Assembly (NCBI GenBank): GCA_028289135.1
Contig: JAQGGW010000002.1
Location: 36,255-100,254 of the forward strand
Length of the DNA stretch: 64,000 nt
Direction: 5' to 3'
From: Candidatus Saccharimonadota bacterium
GTDB lineage: Bacteria > Patescibacteriota > Saccharimonadia > Saccharimonadales > JACDBH01
The notes under the pieces were generated by a model that ran no database searches, was not told the DNA's origin, and saw only the letters and a program-made list of their open reading frames with translations. Of this stretch, positions 1-8,779 are shown piece by piece (position 1 is the first letter of the stretch; each line of letters opens with the position of its first letter). The translations under genes and the position numbers were made by a program.

Positions 1-1197
1 CAGCTAATTTTTAGAATTTTTGAACCAGCGGGCTACAGCTATCACAGTTCGCTGATCATGCTTGGCTGGCTCGTATTTATCTATCCGTTTATGCAGTTTA
101 TCGCGACGCCTATTTTGGGGCAGCTCAGCGACCGCTACGGCCGCAAGCCAATTTTGGCTTTTAGTTTGTTTGGGACCGCCGTTGGATATGTATTGTTTGC
201 AATCGCGATTATTACCAAAAATATTCCGTTGCTCTTTTTTGCCCGCGCCCTAGACGGCATTACCGGCGGTAACATTAGTGTTGCCCGCGCCGTTATTGCC
301 GATGTTAGCCCGCCAGAACACCGTACAAAAAACTTTGCCAAAATTGGTGCAGCCTTCGGCGCAGGCTTTGTTTTCGGTCCATATATTGGCGCCCGTCTTG
401 CGAGCCCTGGTGTAAGCTTTTTTGGCTTGTTTAACACGCCGCATTGGTTTAGCCCGGCAGTTCCGTTTTGGTTTGCTGCCATTTTAAGCGCCATTAACGC
501 CTACCTTGTAATTACTATCTTGCCAGAAACCCACCAGCACATTAACGACAAACTTCGCCTTACCTGGAACAAGTCACTCGATAACATCAAGCGTGCGGCC
601 CTTCACCCAGCCCTTAGGATAATCCTTAGCGCGGAGTTCGCGTTTTGGGGCGGCTTTACGTTCTTTACGTCATTCTTCCAAATTTTGCTTATCCAAAAAC
701 TTGGATTTAAGGTCAATAACGTTGGCGACTATTACGCCTACATTGGTATCTGGGTTGTTTTGGCGCAGGCGATCATTACGCCGTTTATTGCTAAAAAGGT
801 GAAAAATGCTAATGTCCTGCGCTTTAGTTTGCTTGGAAATGGTATTACATTGTTCGCGCTTATTCTGCCGCACAACACCGCCCAGCTTTTGCTCGTCACG
901 CCTTTCTTCGCTATATTTAACGGCTTGACGATTGCCAATCTTTCGACCTTGGTGAGCTTGAATGCCGATAAAAAGATCCAGGGTGAAGTGCTCGGGATTG
1001 AAGCAAGTGTGCAGGCATTGGCGCAGTCCATCCCAGCCGCAATTGCCGGCTATATAGCGGTACTTGGTGTGAACATTCCAGTAATTGTTGGCGGCAGCGT
1101 GGTAGTTTTTGGCGGACTGATATTCAACATTTTCTACCATCAGCCAAAAGGTTCAATGCACGACAGCGATGCGGCACCTCTTGGCGCTGGCCATTAG
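1..1197 (+). CDS. MFS transporter (drug/H+ antiporter-like), 5' end cut by the window edge
   Basis: Frame 1 is open from nt 1. The ORF-track protein starts in the MFS TM2-TM3 loop motif GQLSDRYGRKPIL, so TM1 lies upstream. About 11 hydrophobic helices follow. Confidence 0.8.
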   Translation, partial: QLIFRIFEPAGYSYHSSLIMLGWLVFIYPFMQFIATPILGQLSDRYGRKPILAFSLFGTAVGYVLFAIAIITKNIPLLFFARALDGITGGNISVARAVIADVSPPEHRTKNFAKIGAAFGAGFVFGPYIGARLASPGVSFFGLFNTPHWFSPAVPFWFAAILSAINAYLVITILPETHQHINDKLRLTWNKSLDNIKRAALHPALRIILSAEFAFWGGFTFFTSFFQILLIQKLGFKVNNVGDYYAYIGIWVVLAQAIITPFIAKKVKNANVLRFSLLGNGITLFALILPHNTAQLLLVTPFFAIFNGLTIANLSTLVSLNADKKIQGEVLGIEASVQALAQSIPAAIAGYIAVLGVNIPVIVGGSVVVFGGLIFNIFYHQPKGSMHDSDAAPLGAGH

Positions 1198-1233
1198 GTC
1201 TACCCTTAAGCTTATGTTTTAGATAGTAGATTA

Positions 1234-1252
1234 TTGACATAAGTGGTATAAT
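1234..1252 (+). promoter_or_regulatory. Putative ssrA promoter with extended -10 (TGgTATAAT)
   Basis: TTGACA at 1234-1239 and TGgTATAAT at 1244-1252, about 40 nt upstream of the mature tmRNA 5' end. The -35/-10 spacing is too short, so the extended -10 is the supported part. Confidence 0.45.
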
Positions 1253-1293
1253 ATAGGTCACTCATCTGTTAAATATAATGGATGAGCGCATAT

Positions 1294-1689
1294 GGGACTG
1301 TTTTTTGACAGTTGGATTTACAAGTTGGACCGTGCAGGTCGCTTGCTCAGCGTTATAGGGCAAAACTGAATAAATGCAAAAAACATTTCTTCTCGCGTAT
1401 CTGAATTTAGCGCAGCTTTTGCAGCTTCGTTTAACTCTCAGTTCGCACTAGCAGCTTAATTTATTTTCGCTGCGGCCACTCGTTTGACGTCAGATAAAAC
1501 GTTTTTGGTCTTATATCATCTGGTCGCCTACATGCCTTTACCCTAAGTATGTACTAAGACTTTGGGTCGCTGTATTACGTCATTTTGGTTATTTCGAGAC
1601 GAAATACCTAAGATTTTAAAATAGCCTAAACCTGTAGATCGCCGACGAGTAACTGATTGGACGCGGGCTCAACCCCGCCAGTTCCACCA
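1294..1689 (+). ncRNA. ssrA: tmRNA (transfer-messenger RNA)
   Basis: The 5' GGGACTG pairs with the 3' CAGTTCC followed by ACCA. The T-arm GGACGCGGGCTCAACCCCGCCAGTTCCACCA nearly matches the E. coli tmRNA 3' end. An internal tag reading frame from GCA at 1376 ends in ...FALAA then TAA (1457-1459). Confidence 0.95.
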
Positions 1690-1693
1690 AAAA

Positions 1694-1722
1694 AGCTTGA
1701 ACTTTACTGTTCGAGCTTTTTT
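1694..1722 (+). terminator. Rho-independent terminator after ssrA
   Basis: A 9-bp stem (AGCTTGAAC 1694-1702 with GTTCGAGCT 1709-1717, one G-U pair), a 6-nt loop, then TTTTT. Confidence 0.7.
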
Positions 1723-1771
1723 ATTACCGTTGTATTTATAAGGCATTTAGCTTACGCTTAATCCTATAAAG

Positions 1772-2338
1772 ATGGAAAATAAGAGGATGGCAAAAATACA
1801 AAAGAATCAATCAGGCTTCAGCGTTGTTGAGCTGTTATTGGCACTTATTTTTGTAGCAATTATAGCGTTTATAGGTGTATATGTTGCGCACAACCATAGA
1901 AGCAAAACCGCTAGCACTACTACAGCGTCTTCAGTAACAATTAAAAAGACGCCGGTGAGTACTGCTACGACCTCGCCAGTAACTACAGCAACTCCAACCC
2001 CAACTCAGGGCTACCTAACGGTTACACAATGGGGTATCAAGCTTCCGGTATCGGGCGCACTAGCGAATGCACAGTACACAGACGTAAGTAGTGCTTATAG
2101 CTCTACTTATCCTACTATGGAGGTCACTGTTTCTGACGCATTGGCGACTGACACGTGTAAAGGCGGCATAGTTGGCTGGATTACGCGCGTTCCTGATAGT
2201 GTTCAAGGTGCAACGGAGGTTTATTATTCTCATATCGGAACGTATAACTATATATATGAACGAGGGCAAGACTGCACGGCATCATCTAGCTTAATAGACC
2301 AGTTCAAACAAGCTGTTGCTACAATGGTTGCGATCTAA
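1772..2338 (+). CDS. Type IV pilin-like protein (prepilin-type N-terminal signal)
   Basis: KNQSG|FSVVELLLALIFVAIIAFIGV has G at -1, F at +1 and E at +5, followed by a hydrophobic helix, a Thr/Ser-rich linker and a globular domain. Confidence 0.8.
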   Translation: MENKRMAKIQKNQSGFSVVELLLALIFVAIIAFIGVYVAHNHRSKTASTTTASSVTIKKTPVSTATTSPVTTATPTPTQGYLTVTQWGIKLPVSGALANAQYTDVSSAYSSTYPTMEVTVSDALATDTCKGGIVGWITRVPDSVQGATEVYYSHIGTYNYIYERGQDCTASSSLIDQFKQAVATMVAI

Positions 2339-2537
2339 CAATCATCGTAGGGCAAATCTCATTGACTACTTTATCTAAAATTAAGTTGAACTTTTTAAGG
2401 TATTCACTAGTATGTCCCTGCTGTTCAGTTGATTAGACTAGCCCAGTTACTACGGCATAGGATGGTGTCCAAATCCTTATAGAGGATATTAAACTAAGTT
2501 AGCTTCGGAGCTGTCTTTTATTTGCTATCATTGTTTT

Positions 2538-3374
2538 ATGAAAGAAGCGCTTATATCTGTCGTTACTCCCACGTACAACCGTGCTCATACTATTTTGAAT
2601 GCCATCAAAACAGTACAGGCGCAGACTTATAAAAACTGGGAAATGATTATAGTTGATGATGGTTCAACTGATAATACCGAAGAAGTAATAAAAAGTCTTA
2701 ACGATCCAAGCATTCGTTATTATAAAAAACAAAACGGTGGTCCAAGCCGCGCACGCAACTATGGCGTTGAACATGCAAAGGGTGAGTGGATTATGTACTT
2801 GGACAGCGATGACGAACTGCTTCCAGAATGCATGAGCATCAGCATGGAGTGGCTAAACAAATACCCGCAGGCAGTTTTTGCGTTTCCGCGCTCAACCAGA
2901 ACTTTGGAGTTATACGAAAACGGCAAGCTGACAAAAGTAGTAGATGATTCTGGCGACACTCCTGAAAAATTTACGATCCAAGACATTTTTAACCGCAATG
3001 CTGGATTTTCACCAAACGGCTTTATGCACCTGAGACGGCTGTTTGAGGAAGGAATAAAATGGGACGACGACCTAGCGTGCATGGAAGATTGGGAACTTAT
3101 GATGAGCATTGGTGAAAAGAACCCAGAAGGCTTTTTGTATGTGCCGGTAGTCTTGCAAAAATATACACAGCGCTACGGTAGTGATAATCTGGTTTCACAG
3201 GCAAACTACGGAACTTGGGCGGATGGCTTTGAGTATATTTATAACAAACATAAAAATGACAAAATGCTAAAAGGCCAGACTTGGTATCCTGAAAAAGTTA
3301 ATAAGTGGCGGCAGCGGCAAAAAGAGTTCGAGGCCGGAACTCGGCCAGCTTATAAATATCACCCTTTTCAGTAA
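2538..3374 (+). CDS. Family 2 glycosyltransferase
   Basis: ISVVTPTYNR...MIIVDDGSTDNT and the YLDSDD (DXD) motif. Confidence 0.85.
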   Translation: MKEALISVVTPTYNRAHTILNAIKTVQAQTYKNWEMIIVDDGSTDNTEEVIKSLNDPSIRYYKKQNGGPSRARNYGVEHAKGEWIMYLDSDDELLPECMSISMEWLNKYPQAVFAFPRSTRTLELYENGKLTKVVDDSGDTPEKFTIQDIFNRNAGFSPNGFMHLRRLFEEGIKWDDDLACMEDWELMMSIGEKNPEGFLYVPVVLQKYTQRYGSDNLVSQANYGTWADGFEYIYNKHKNDKMLKGQTWYPEKVNKWRQRQKEFEAGTRPAYKYHPFQ

Positions 3375-3375
3375 T

Positions 3376-4641
3376 TTAGCGGGTATTTTTTAGATTTAAT
3401 GATTTACGTAAATACACTAATGCTGCGGCTACGGAGAAAAGCGTAAAAAAGTGCAGGCGGACGAACTGGTCCAGATAAACCAAATTACAAAAGGCCGCAA
3501 AAATAACTACAACTTTTAAACCGTAGTTTCTATACATCAAAAGCAGCGCTGGCAGCAGGAGCAGAACAACTATCACGTCCTGGGCATACAAATGCGGATC
3601 TATTGCCAGGCTGACAAGCAGGGCTGCGCAAAACATTTGAGCCTGTTGTGCCAGGGTCCACTTTTTGCCAAGCTTCCAAGCTACCCTTAAAAGCCAGGCA
3701 ACCAGCGTAATCGATGTTAGGACAAACAGAGCGTTAACCAGTCCTGTATGGTTTTGCCCAACGATTGATTCATAAAAGCCGTTAAGCCCAGATGATGTAT
3801 TCAGTGACCCGCGCCAATCCAATCTGGCGGATGTGTTCATGTTAATAAAATGGTTGGACGTCGTTTTGGCCAGGAACCTTATGTACTTAAAATAAATCCC
3901 AACACCAGTTACGGGCAGCGTAATAGTCAAAACAGCTAATGTCGAAAGCGCCCAGCCTTTTAGCATTTTCCATTCGCGTTTTACTACAAGGCCGATTAAC
4001 GCGAAAACGCCAAACTGCGGGAGAATCCAAAGCGTCACAAGACTTGCCCCGCTGTAGATCTTTTTATTTTGTTTAAAGAATAGGTACGAACCGGCCGCGC
4101 CAAGCAGAACCAAAATCGACACCTGCCCCTCTATAAATGTTTGAAAAAGCGGAAAGGTAAAAAGCAGCAGCGCAACGGCTAGGAGCCTTTGCTTTTGGGG
4201 CAGAGCCTTTGTTAGTTTGCAAAGTATTAACACAGCAAGGACCAGGCTTATGGCAAGCCACAATAACCGGGCGGCCGTGATGTTAAGAAGTGCCAAAGGG
4301 GCCAAGAAAACAGCCATAAACGGTGGGTTCAAAAAAGGCATATAGCCAGTAGCGCCAATTGGGTGAGGTATGATTTGGCGCTGCATCGCGGTAAAACTCG
4401 CGGAGTCGTACAAATGAGCAACGTTATGATCAAGAACGGTTTTGCCGGCGCTGTAAAAGGCCAAAAAGTCGTAGTGGGTGCCGTGGTAGCCGTAGTTTTT
4501 GGTGGTAAGTTCGCGGATCAAACTTATTAAGAAAAATACACTGCAGGCAACAATCAATCCGCCAAGAAGATATAAAACCGGACGGCTAAAAAATAGCAGT
4601 TTTAGTTTTTTAACAATATTTTTAAGCGGATTGTGCTGCAT
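3376..4641 (-). CDS. Polytopic membrane glycosyltransferase, DUF2029/GT87-like
   Basis: More than 10 predicted TM helices. The N-terminal loop YDFLAFYSAGKTVLDHNVAHLYD resembles DUF2029-type lipid-linked-sugar transferases. It is convergent with, and 1 nt from, the GT2 gene. Confidence 0.55.
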   Translation of the reverse strand: MQHNPLKNIVKKLKLLFFSRPVLYLLGGLIVACSVFFLISLIRELTTKNYGYHGTHYDFLAFYSAGKTVLDHNVAHLYDSASFTAMQRQIIPHPIGATGYMPFLNPPFMAVFLAPLALLNITAARLLWLAISLVLAVLILCKLTKALPQKQRLLAVALLLFTFPLFQTFIEGQVSILVLLGAAGSYLFFKQNKKIYSGASLVTLWILPQFGVFALIGLVVKREWKMLKGWALSTLAVLTITLPVTGVGIYFKYIRFLAKTTSNHFINMNTSARLDWRGSLNTSSGLNGFYESIVGQNHTGLVNALFVLTSITLVAWLLRVAWKLGKKWTLAQQAQMFCAALLVSLAIDPHLYAQDVIVVLLLLPALLLMYRNYGLKVVVIFAAFCNLVYLDQFVRLHFFTLFSVAAALVYLRKSLNLKNTR

Positions 4642-4684
4642 ATACCAAAACAGTATATACGAGCGTCCATGAGTTAGTGCACAA

Positions 4685-5335
4685 ATGTTCTGCTATGATT
4701 ATCTTATGAATACCTCGAAAAAGCTGGAACTAGGTGCATGGGGATTGACGGTGGTGGCGGTTCTGCTGGCATTTTTGGCTTGGGGCCAGGGGCAAAAGTG
4801 GCATATTTTTAACTTGTCCAGCTATAACCTTTTTCCCATCTTTGGGCTGACGGCTTTTAGTATTATGTGGGCGCATTATATTGTGGCGGCGCTACGGACG
4901 CGGCTTAAGGCAGACAAAGAAGTCACTAAAAGTTATTTTGAGCTGACGAGCCTGGTTGTGCTGGGCTGCATATTGCTGCACCCTGGAATTTTGATCGTCC
5001 AGCTGTTCCGTGATGGCGCTGGCTTGCCGCCGGAGAGTTATTTGCATTATGTCCAGCCGGGCCTAAAGTGGGCGGTCCTGCTGGGTTCCTTAAGCCTCAC
5101 GGTTTTTATTGGTTATGAGTTTTACCGGATTTACGATAAAAAACCTTGGTGGAAATATGTCCAGTACGCGTCCGATGTAGCGATGTTTTTGATAGTAATC
5201 CACGCCTTGGCGCTTGGCGACCAGCTTGGCCCAGGATGGTATAGGATTGTGTGGGTATTTTATGCGGCAAGTCTGCTTGCGGCGGTAAAGTATATGTATA
5301 GTAAAAAACTAAAAAATTTGCTTAAAAAAACGTAA
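4685..5335 (+). CDS. Hypothetical polytopic membrane protein with His-containing helices
   Basis: A 216-aa ORF with 5-6 hydrophobic segments. The start may instead be the internal Met at 4706. Confidence 0.5.
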   Translation: MFCYDYLMNTSKKLELGAWGLTVVAVLLAFLAWGQGQKWHIFNLSSYNLFPIFGLTAFSIMWAHYIVAALRTRLKADKEVTKSYFELTSLVVLGCILLHPGILIVQLFRDGAGLPPESYLHYVQPGLKWAVLLGSLSLTVFIGYEFYRIYDKKPWWKYVQYASDVAMFLIVIHALALGDQLGPGWYRIVWVFYAASLLAAVKYMYSKKLKNLLKKT

Positions 5336-5666
5336 GCAATGTGAGTTTCCTTACAGCTTTGTCCCAGCAGTCCGTATTATTATCTAATCACCAACTTACG
5401 TAGTAGGTTGGAACTTATCCTAACATAGGCAGCTATCGACGTTTTTGGCACTGTGGTTTAAATATTTTACCCAGTTTTCGTAAGCCAATAAAACATCTAG
5501 CTGCTTTTCTGATTCCCCACAAAGCAGGCTTTGCGGGGACCCCGGGTGAAAGTTTGTTTATTTCTAATGTTTTTAAGGACGGTTACAGTCTCTTTCGTTT
5601 CGGCAAAAAGACCGGGATGAACCCGGATCTTTTTGGTAGACCATCTAGGAAATTGCTTTAAGGGGT

Positions 5667-5909
5667 TTATTTCTTTTTGGCTTCGATGTCTTGTTTTACT
5701 TCTACGCGGGCGGCTTGCCAGGCGGACCAATGTCCTGAAACTAGCGCCCAGAGGGACAAAGCCGAAACGTAGGTGACGCTGCTCAGCCAATGAAGGCTAA
5801 ATGAAACAGGGATCATACAGATCCAAAACACCGTGAACCAGCCGTTTACCTTACGCATAAATATCGGGTCGCCCTGCACCATTGCCCACAGCGATTTAAC
5901 TCCATTCAT
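5667..5909 (-). CDS. Small hypothetical membrane protein (2-3 TM)
   Basis: An 80-aa ORF with hydrophobic segments and a charged C-terminal tail; no recognisable family. Confidence 0.45.
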   Translation of the reverse strand: MNGVKSLWAMVQGDPIFMRKVNGWFTVFWICMIPVSFSLHWLSSVTYVSALSLWALVSGHWSAWQAARVEVKQDIEAKKK

Positions 5910-5986
5910 AAAAACTCCTCTTTAAATTCAGATTGATTTTAACATTTAGTTAGCCACTACTCTAGCGATTTTGTTATAGTAATTGT

Positions 5987-6559
5987 ATGGATGAAACAAC
6001 GAGCACACAGAAATTATTTATTTTAGTTTTGGCGGGAACAACGCGGGTGCAGCGCAAGTCTTTTAAGGCCGCGCAGTTTGTGGCCGAAATTGGCAAGACA
6101 TATGATGAGCTTGAAATTGAGCTGGTTGACCCTGGGAGCTTTAACTTTCCGGGGGATGGCAATGACCTAGAGGGTAAGGATCCAAAATACACGGCGCTTA
6201 CAGAACGGGCAGATGGATTTTTTATAGTGACCCCAGAATATAACCATAGTTTTCCAGGGAGCCTAAAGCGGATGCTGGATAGCGAGCTAGAGAACTACAT
6301 TCACAAACCGGTGGCGATTGCAGGAGCAAGCAGTGGCGGTTGGGGCGGTGTGCGGGCAGTTGAATCTTTGGTGCCGAGCGTTCGCGAAATGGGGCTGATC
6401 GTAACATTTACCAGTACCTACTTCCCAAGGGTACAGGACGCTTTTGACGAAAACGGCAAACCAGTTGACGAACGGACCGAAGCCGGAGTACGCAAAGCTT
6501 TTGAGGAATTAATCTGGATGACTAAAACGCTTAAATATGGACGTGATAATTTGAAATAA
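5987..6559 (+). CDS. NAD(P)H-dependent FMN reductase (flavodoxin-like fold)
   Basis: LVLAGTTR... and FIVTPEYNHSFPGSLKRMLD match the family pattern. TGtTATAGT lies 6 nt upstream of the ATG, giving a leaderless layout. Confidence 0.75.
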   Translation: MDETTSTQKLFILVLAGTTRVQRKSFKAAQFVAEIGKTYDELEIELVDPGSFNFPGDGNDLEGKDPKYTALTERADGFFIVTPEYNHSFPGSLKRMLDSELENYIHKPVAIAGASSGGWGGVRAVESLVPSVREMGLIVTFTSTYFPRVQDAFDENGKPVDERTEAGVRKAFEELIWMTKTLKYGRDNLK

Positions 6560-6608
6560 ACGGCCTGGCAGTGCATACTTAAGACCTATAGAAGCATAAG
6601 GAGTTTAT

Positions 6609-6668
6609 ATGAGCGGAAAAGACAAAGGACGAAAAGAAGTCAAAAAGCCTAAGAAGGCAAAAATTTAA
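6609..6668 (+). CDS. Possible 19-aa lysine-rich peptide (MSGKDKGRKEVKKPKKAKI)
   Basis: A strong AAGGAG (6598-6603) lies 5 nt upstream of the ATG and a terminator hairpin follows directly. The ORF is too short for the ORF track. Confidence 0.4.
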   Translation: MSGKDKGRKEVKKPKKAKI

Positions 6669-6674
6669 TAACTA

Positions 6675-6700
6675 AAAGAGACCCACTAGGGTCTCTTTTA
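6675..6700. terminator. Bidirectional terminator hairpin
   Basis: AAAGAGACCC-ACTA-GGGTCTCTTT has A/T runs on both sides. It sits between the convergent mini-ORF/FMN reductase genes and the glutaredoxin-like gene. Confidence 0.7.
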
Positions 6701-6707
6701 ATAGTGG

Positions 6708-6956
6708 CTACAAATTTAAAGCTTGTTTAAATTCCTTGATATCATATCCGGCAATCTTAACTTGTTTGCCATCGTCCATCTCGATGACTGTAAACGGCAC
6801 GCCGATAGCGCCGTCGCTAACGTCCAGCAATGTTTGCATGCCGCCTGGTTCTTCGTCGACCACGTGGTGGTCGTAGGCAATGTTTTGTTTGTCGAACCAC
6901 TGCATTAGGCCTTTGCACGTAGTGCAGGTAGTAGTCGAATAAATTGTTACGTTCAT
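6708..6956 (-). CDS. Glutaredoxin/NrdH-like thioredoxin-fold protein
   Basis: 82 aa, with an N-terminal beta-strand followed by a CTTC (CxxC) motif, and GVPFTVIE in the C-terminal half. Confidence 0.75.
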   Translation of the reverse strand: MNVTIYSTTTCTTCKGLMQWFDKQNIAYDHHVVDEEPGGMQTLLDVSDGAIGVPFTVIEMDDGKQVKIAGYDIKEFKQALNL

Positions 6957-6971
6957 ATTTTTCTCCTTTAA

Positions 6972-8675
6972 TTAGCTTCCAAAAGTGAATGCATTTAGAC
7001 TAACTCCGTTAGGAACAGTAAGAGTTACAGTGCCGCCGGTAAATCCAGGGTGCGTAACAATCCTGTAAAGCCGCGAAGTGCTGACGGTGAAGGCGCTGTC
7101 AACAATATCCTCACCAGGGCTGTCGGTGGTGCTGACTGGTTTTCCGTCCAGCATAACGCCAACCTTTTGCGGCGTGTCGGATCCGGCCACCAAATAAACT
7201 TCCTTAGCATTCGTAACAATTGTCAGTGTGCTGTTGCCGCGAGCCGTAATGTTTAGATTTGCAACATCCCACGTGCCGCCCAGTGTCCAGCCGTTGGCCG
7301 GCAGTTTGGCCTGAGGCGTAAATGTGGAAGTAGGGGCGTCGCCTAGGTAAGGCGTGCCGTAATAGTTGCTAGCGCGCTGGATGCCCAAATAAGTTTCGGG
7401 GGTTTGCTGCGCGGTAATCGGCACGTAGACTTCACCGCTTACCGTTGGAGCGGCCGAAATCGTCGCGCCTTTTTCTTTGAGTAGCGCACGTATTGCTTCT
7501 TCGGATTTTTGATAGTCGCCTTCGCCAAATTCGGTGCGGCGGACTTTGCCGTTGGCGTCAATCAGATATCCGGCTGGCCAATACTGGTTGTTGTAGGCAT
7601 TCCAGGTGTCTAAGTCGTTGTCGAGCGCAACCGGGTAGGTAATTTTTTGATCCTTAACGCCCTGTTTTACATTGGCTAATACTTTTTCAAAAGAGAATTC
7701 TGGCGCGTGTACGCCTACGATCACGAAGCCCTGGTCTTTGTAGGTCTCATACCATTTTTCAAGATATGGGTTGTTGCGGATACAGTTGATGCAGCTATAG
7801 GTCCAAAAGTCGACCAAAACCACCTTGCCCTTAAGCTGCTGCATGGTTAGCGGGTCGCTGTTTATCCAGGCATTAATTCCCTTAAAATCAGGTGCGTCAT
7901 AAGGAGTTTTAACATTTAGGTTATCGTCGGTTGTCTCGTGCTTTTCTTTGCCCGGAATTAATTTGGCGCTGAGTTTGTCGAAGTTAAATGGCGTGTGGGC
8001 CGATACATATGTCTGGACTTTTTTGTCATAGCCCGTAAATATCAAAAGCCCGACGATAATAAACAAAATCGCCACGACGCGCTGGAACCAGCCTTTTGGA
8101 TTGCTTGCAAACTTAATTTTGCCGACCACACGCTGGCCATAATAACCAATGCCGAGCAGGATAATGCTCAGGCCCAAAACATAGGCAATGATGTAGCTGA
8201 AGGCCAGGGCAAAGCCAGCCGGCAAAACGGTTGCTAAAATATAGGCATAAACGGGGCTGCAAGAACTAAAGACCGGGCCGAGCGCCGCGCCGGTAATAAT
8301 CGGCCCAACGACGCTGTTTTTATTCTTAAAGCCTTGGCCCAAAAGTTTTTGGCTGCGCTTTTCAAAACCAATACGCGCCATTACCTTGGCGTAATACAGC
8401 GGGAACAGCGTAAGAATGCCGAGCAAAATAATAACCGTGCCAGAAAAATAAGTAATCGCGTGCGGCGGAATGTTAATAAGAAGGGTCGTAACTTTAAGCA
8501 AAAGTGTGAACAAAATTAAAGAAACGGCCAACGAACCGGCAATAATAAATGGGCGTCGTTTGTCCTCGGTGTCGCCGCTTACTGAACCGCCAATGATAAT
8601 GGGCAGCAGCGGCAAAACGCACGGCGCGACGACCGTCAAAAGTCCCGCGATGAAAGCTCCGAAAAGTAATAACAT
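6972..8675 (-). CDS. DipZ-like fusion: CcdA/DsbD-type transmembrane electron transporter, thioredoxin-like (TlpA/ResA) domain and C-terminal beta domain
   Basis: The N-terminal TM core has VAPCVLPLLP and ...FSSCSP. The redoxin domain has FWTYSCINCIRNNP. The domain order matches mycobacterial DipZ. Confidence 0.75.
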   Translation of the reverse strand: MLLLFGAFIAGLLTVVAPCVLPLLPIIIGGSVSGDTEDKRRPFIIAGSLAVSLILFTLLLKVTTLLINIPPHAITYFSGTVIILLGILTLFPLYYAKVMARIGFEKRSQKLLGQGFKNKNSVVGPIITGAALGPVFSSCSPVYAYILATVLPAGFALAFSYIIAYVLGLSIILLGIGYYGQRVVGKIKFASNPKGWFQRVVAILFIIVGLLIFTGYDKKVQTYVSAHTPFNFDKLSAKLIPGKEKHETTDDNLNVKTPYDAPDFKGINAWINSDPLTMQQLKGKVVLVDFWTYSCINCIRNNPYLEKWYETYKDQGFVIVGVHAPEFSFEKVLANVKQGVKDQKITYPVALDNDLDTWNAYNNQYWPAGYLIDANGKVRRTEFGEGDYQKSEEAIRALLKEKGATISAAPTVSGEVYVPITAQQTPETYLGIQRASNYYGTPYLGDAPTSTFTPQAKLPANGWTLGGTWDVANLNITARGNSTLTIVTNAKEVYLVAGSDTPQKVGVMLDGKPVSTTDSPGEDIVDSAFTVSTSRLYRIVTHPGFTGGTVTLTVPNGVSLNAFTFGS

Positions 8676-8733
8676 AATTCCTTAAGTCCTTTTGCTTATA
8701 TTCTAAATATAAGTGTACATCGTTTTAGTGAGG

Positions 8734-8768
8734 CACGGGCAGGCCGATCAACGACCAACCTGCCCGTG
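8734..8768 (-). terminator. GC-rich hairpin downstream of the fasciclin gene (possible terminator without a U-tract)
   Basis: A perfect 10-bp stem, CACGGGCAGG (8734-8743) with CCTGCCCGTG (8759-8768). No clear T-run follows on the minus strand. Confidence 0.35.
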
Positions 8769-8779
8769 TGCGGTTTCTG

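Noticed and set aside
5497-5790. A 97-aa minus-strand ORF in the 4685/5667 intergenic region
   Set aside because: It is Arg/Lys/Ser-rich with no motifs, it overlaps the better-supported 80-aa membrane ORF, and it spans hairpin-containing non-coding-looking sequence.
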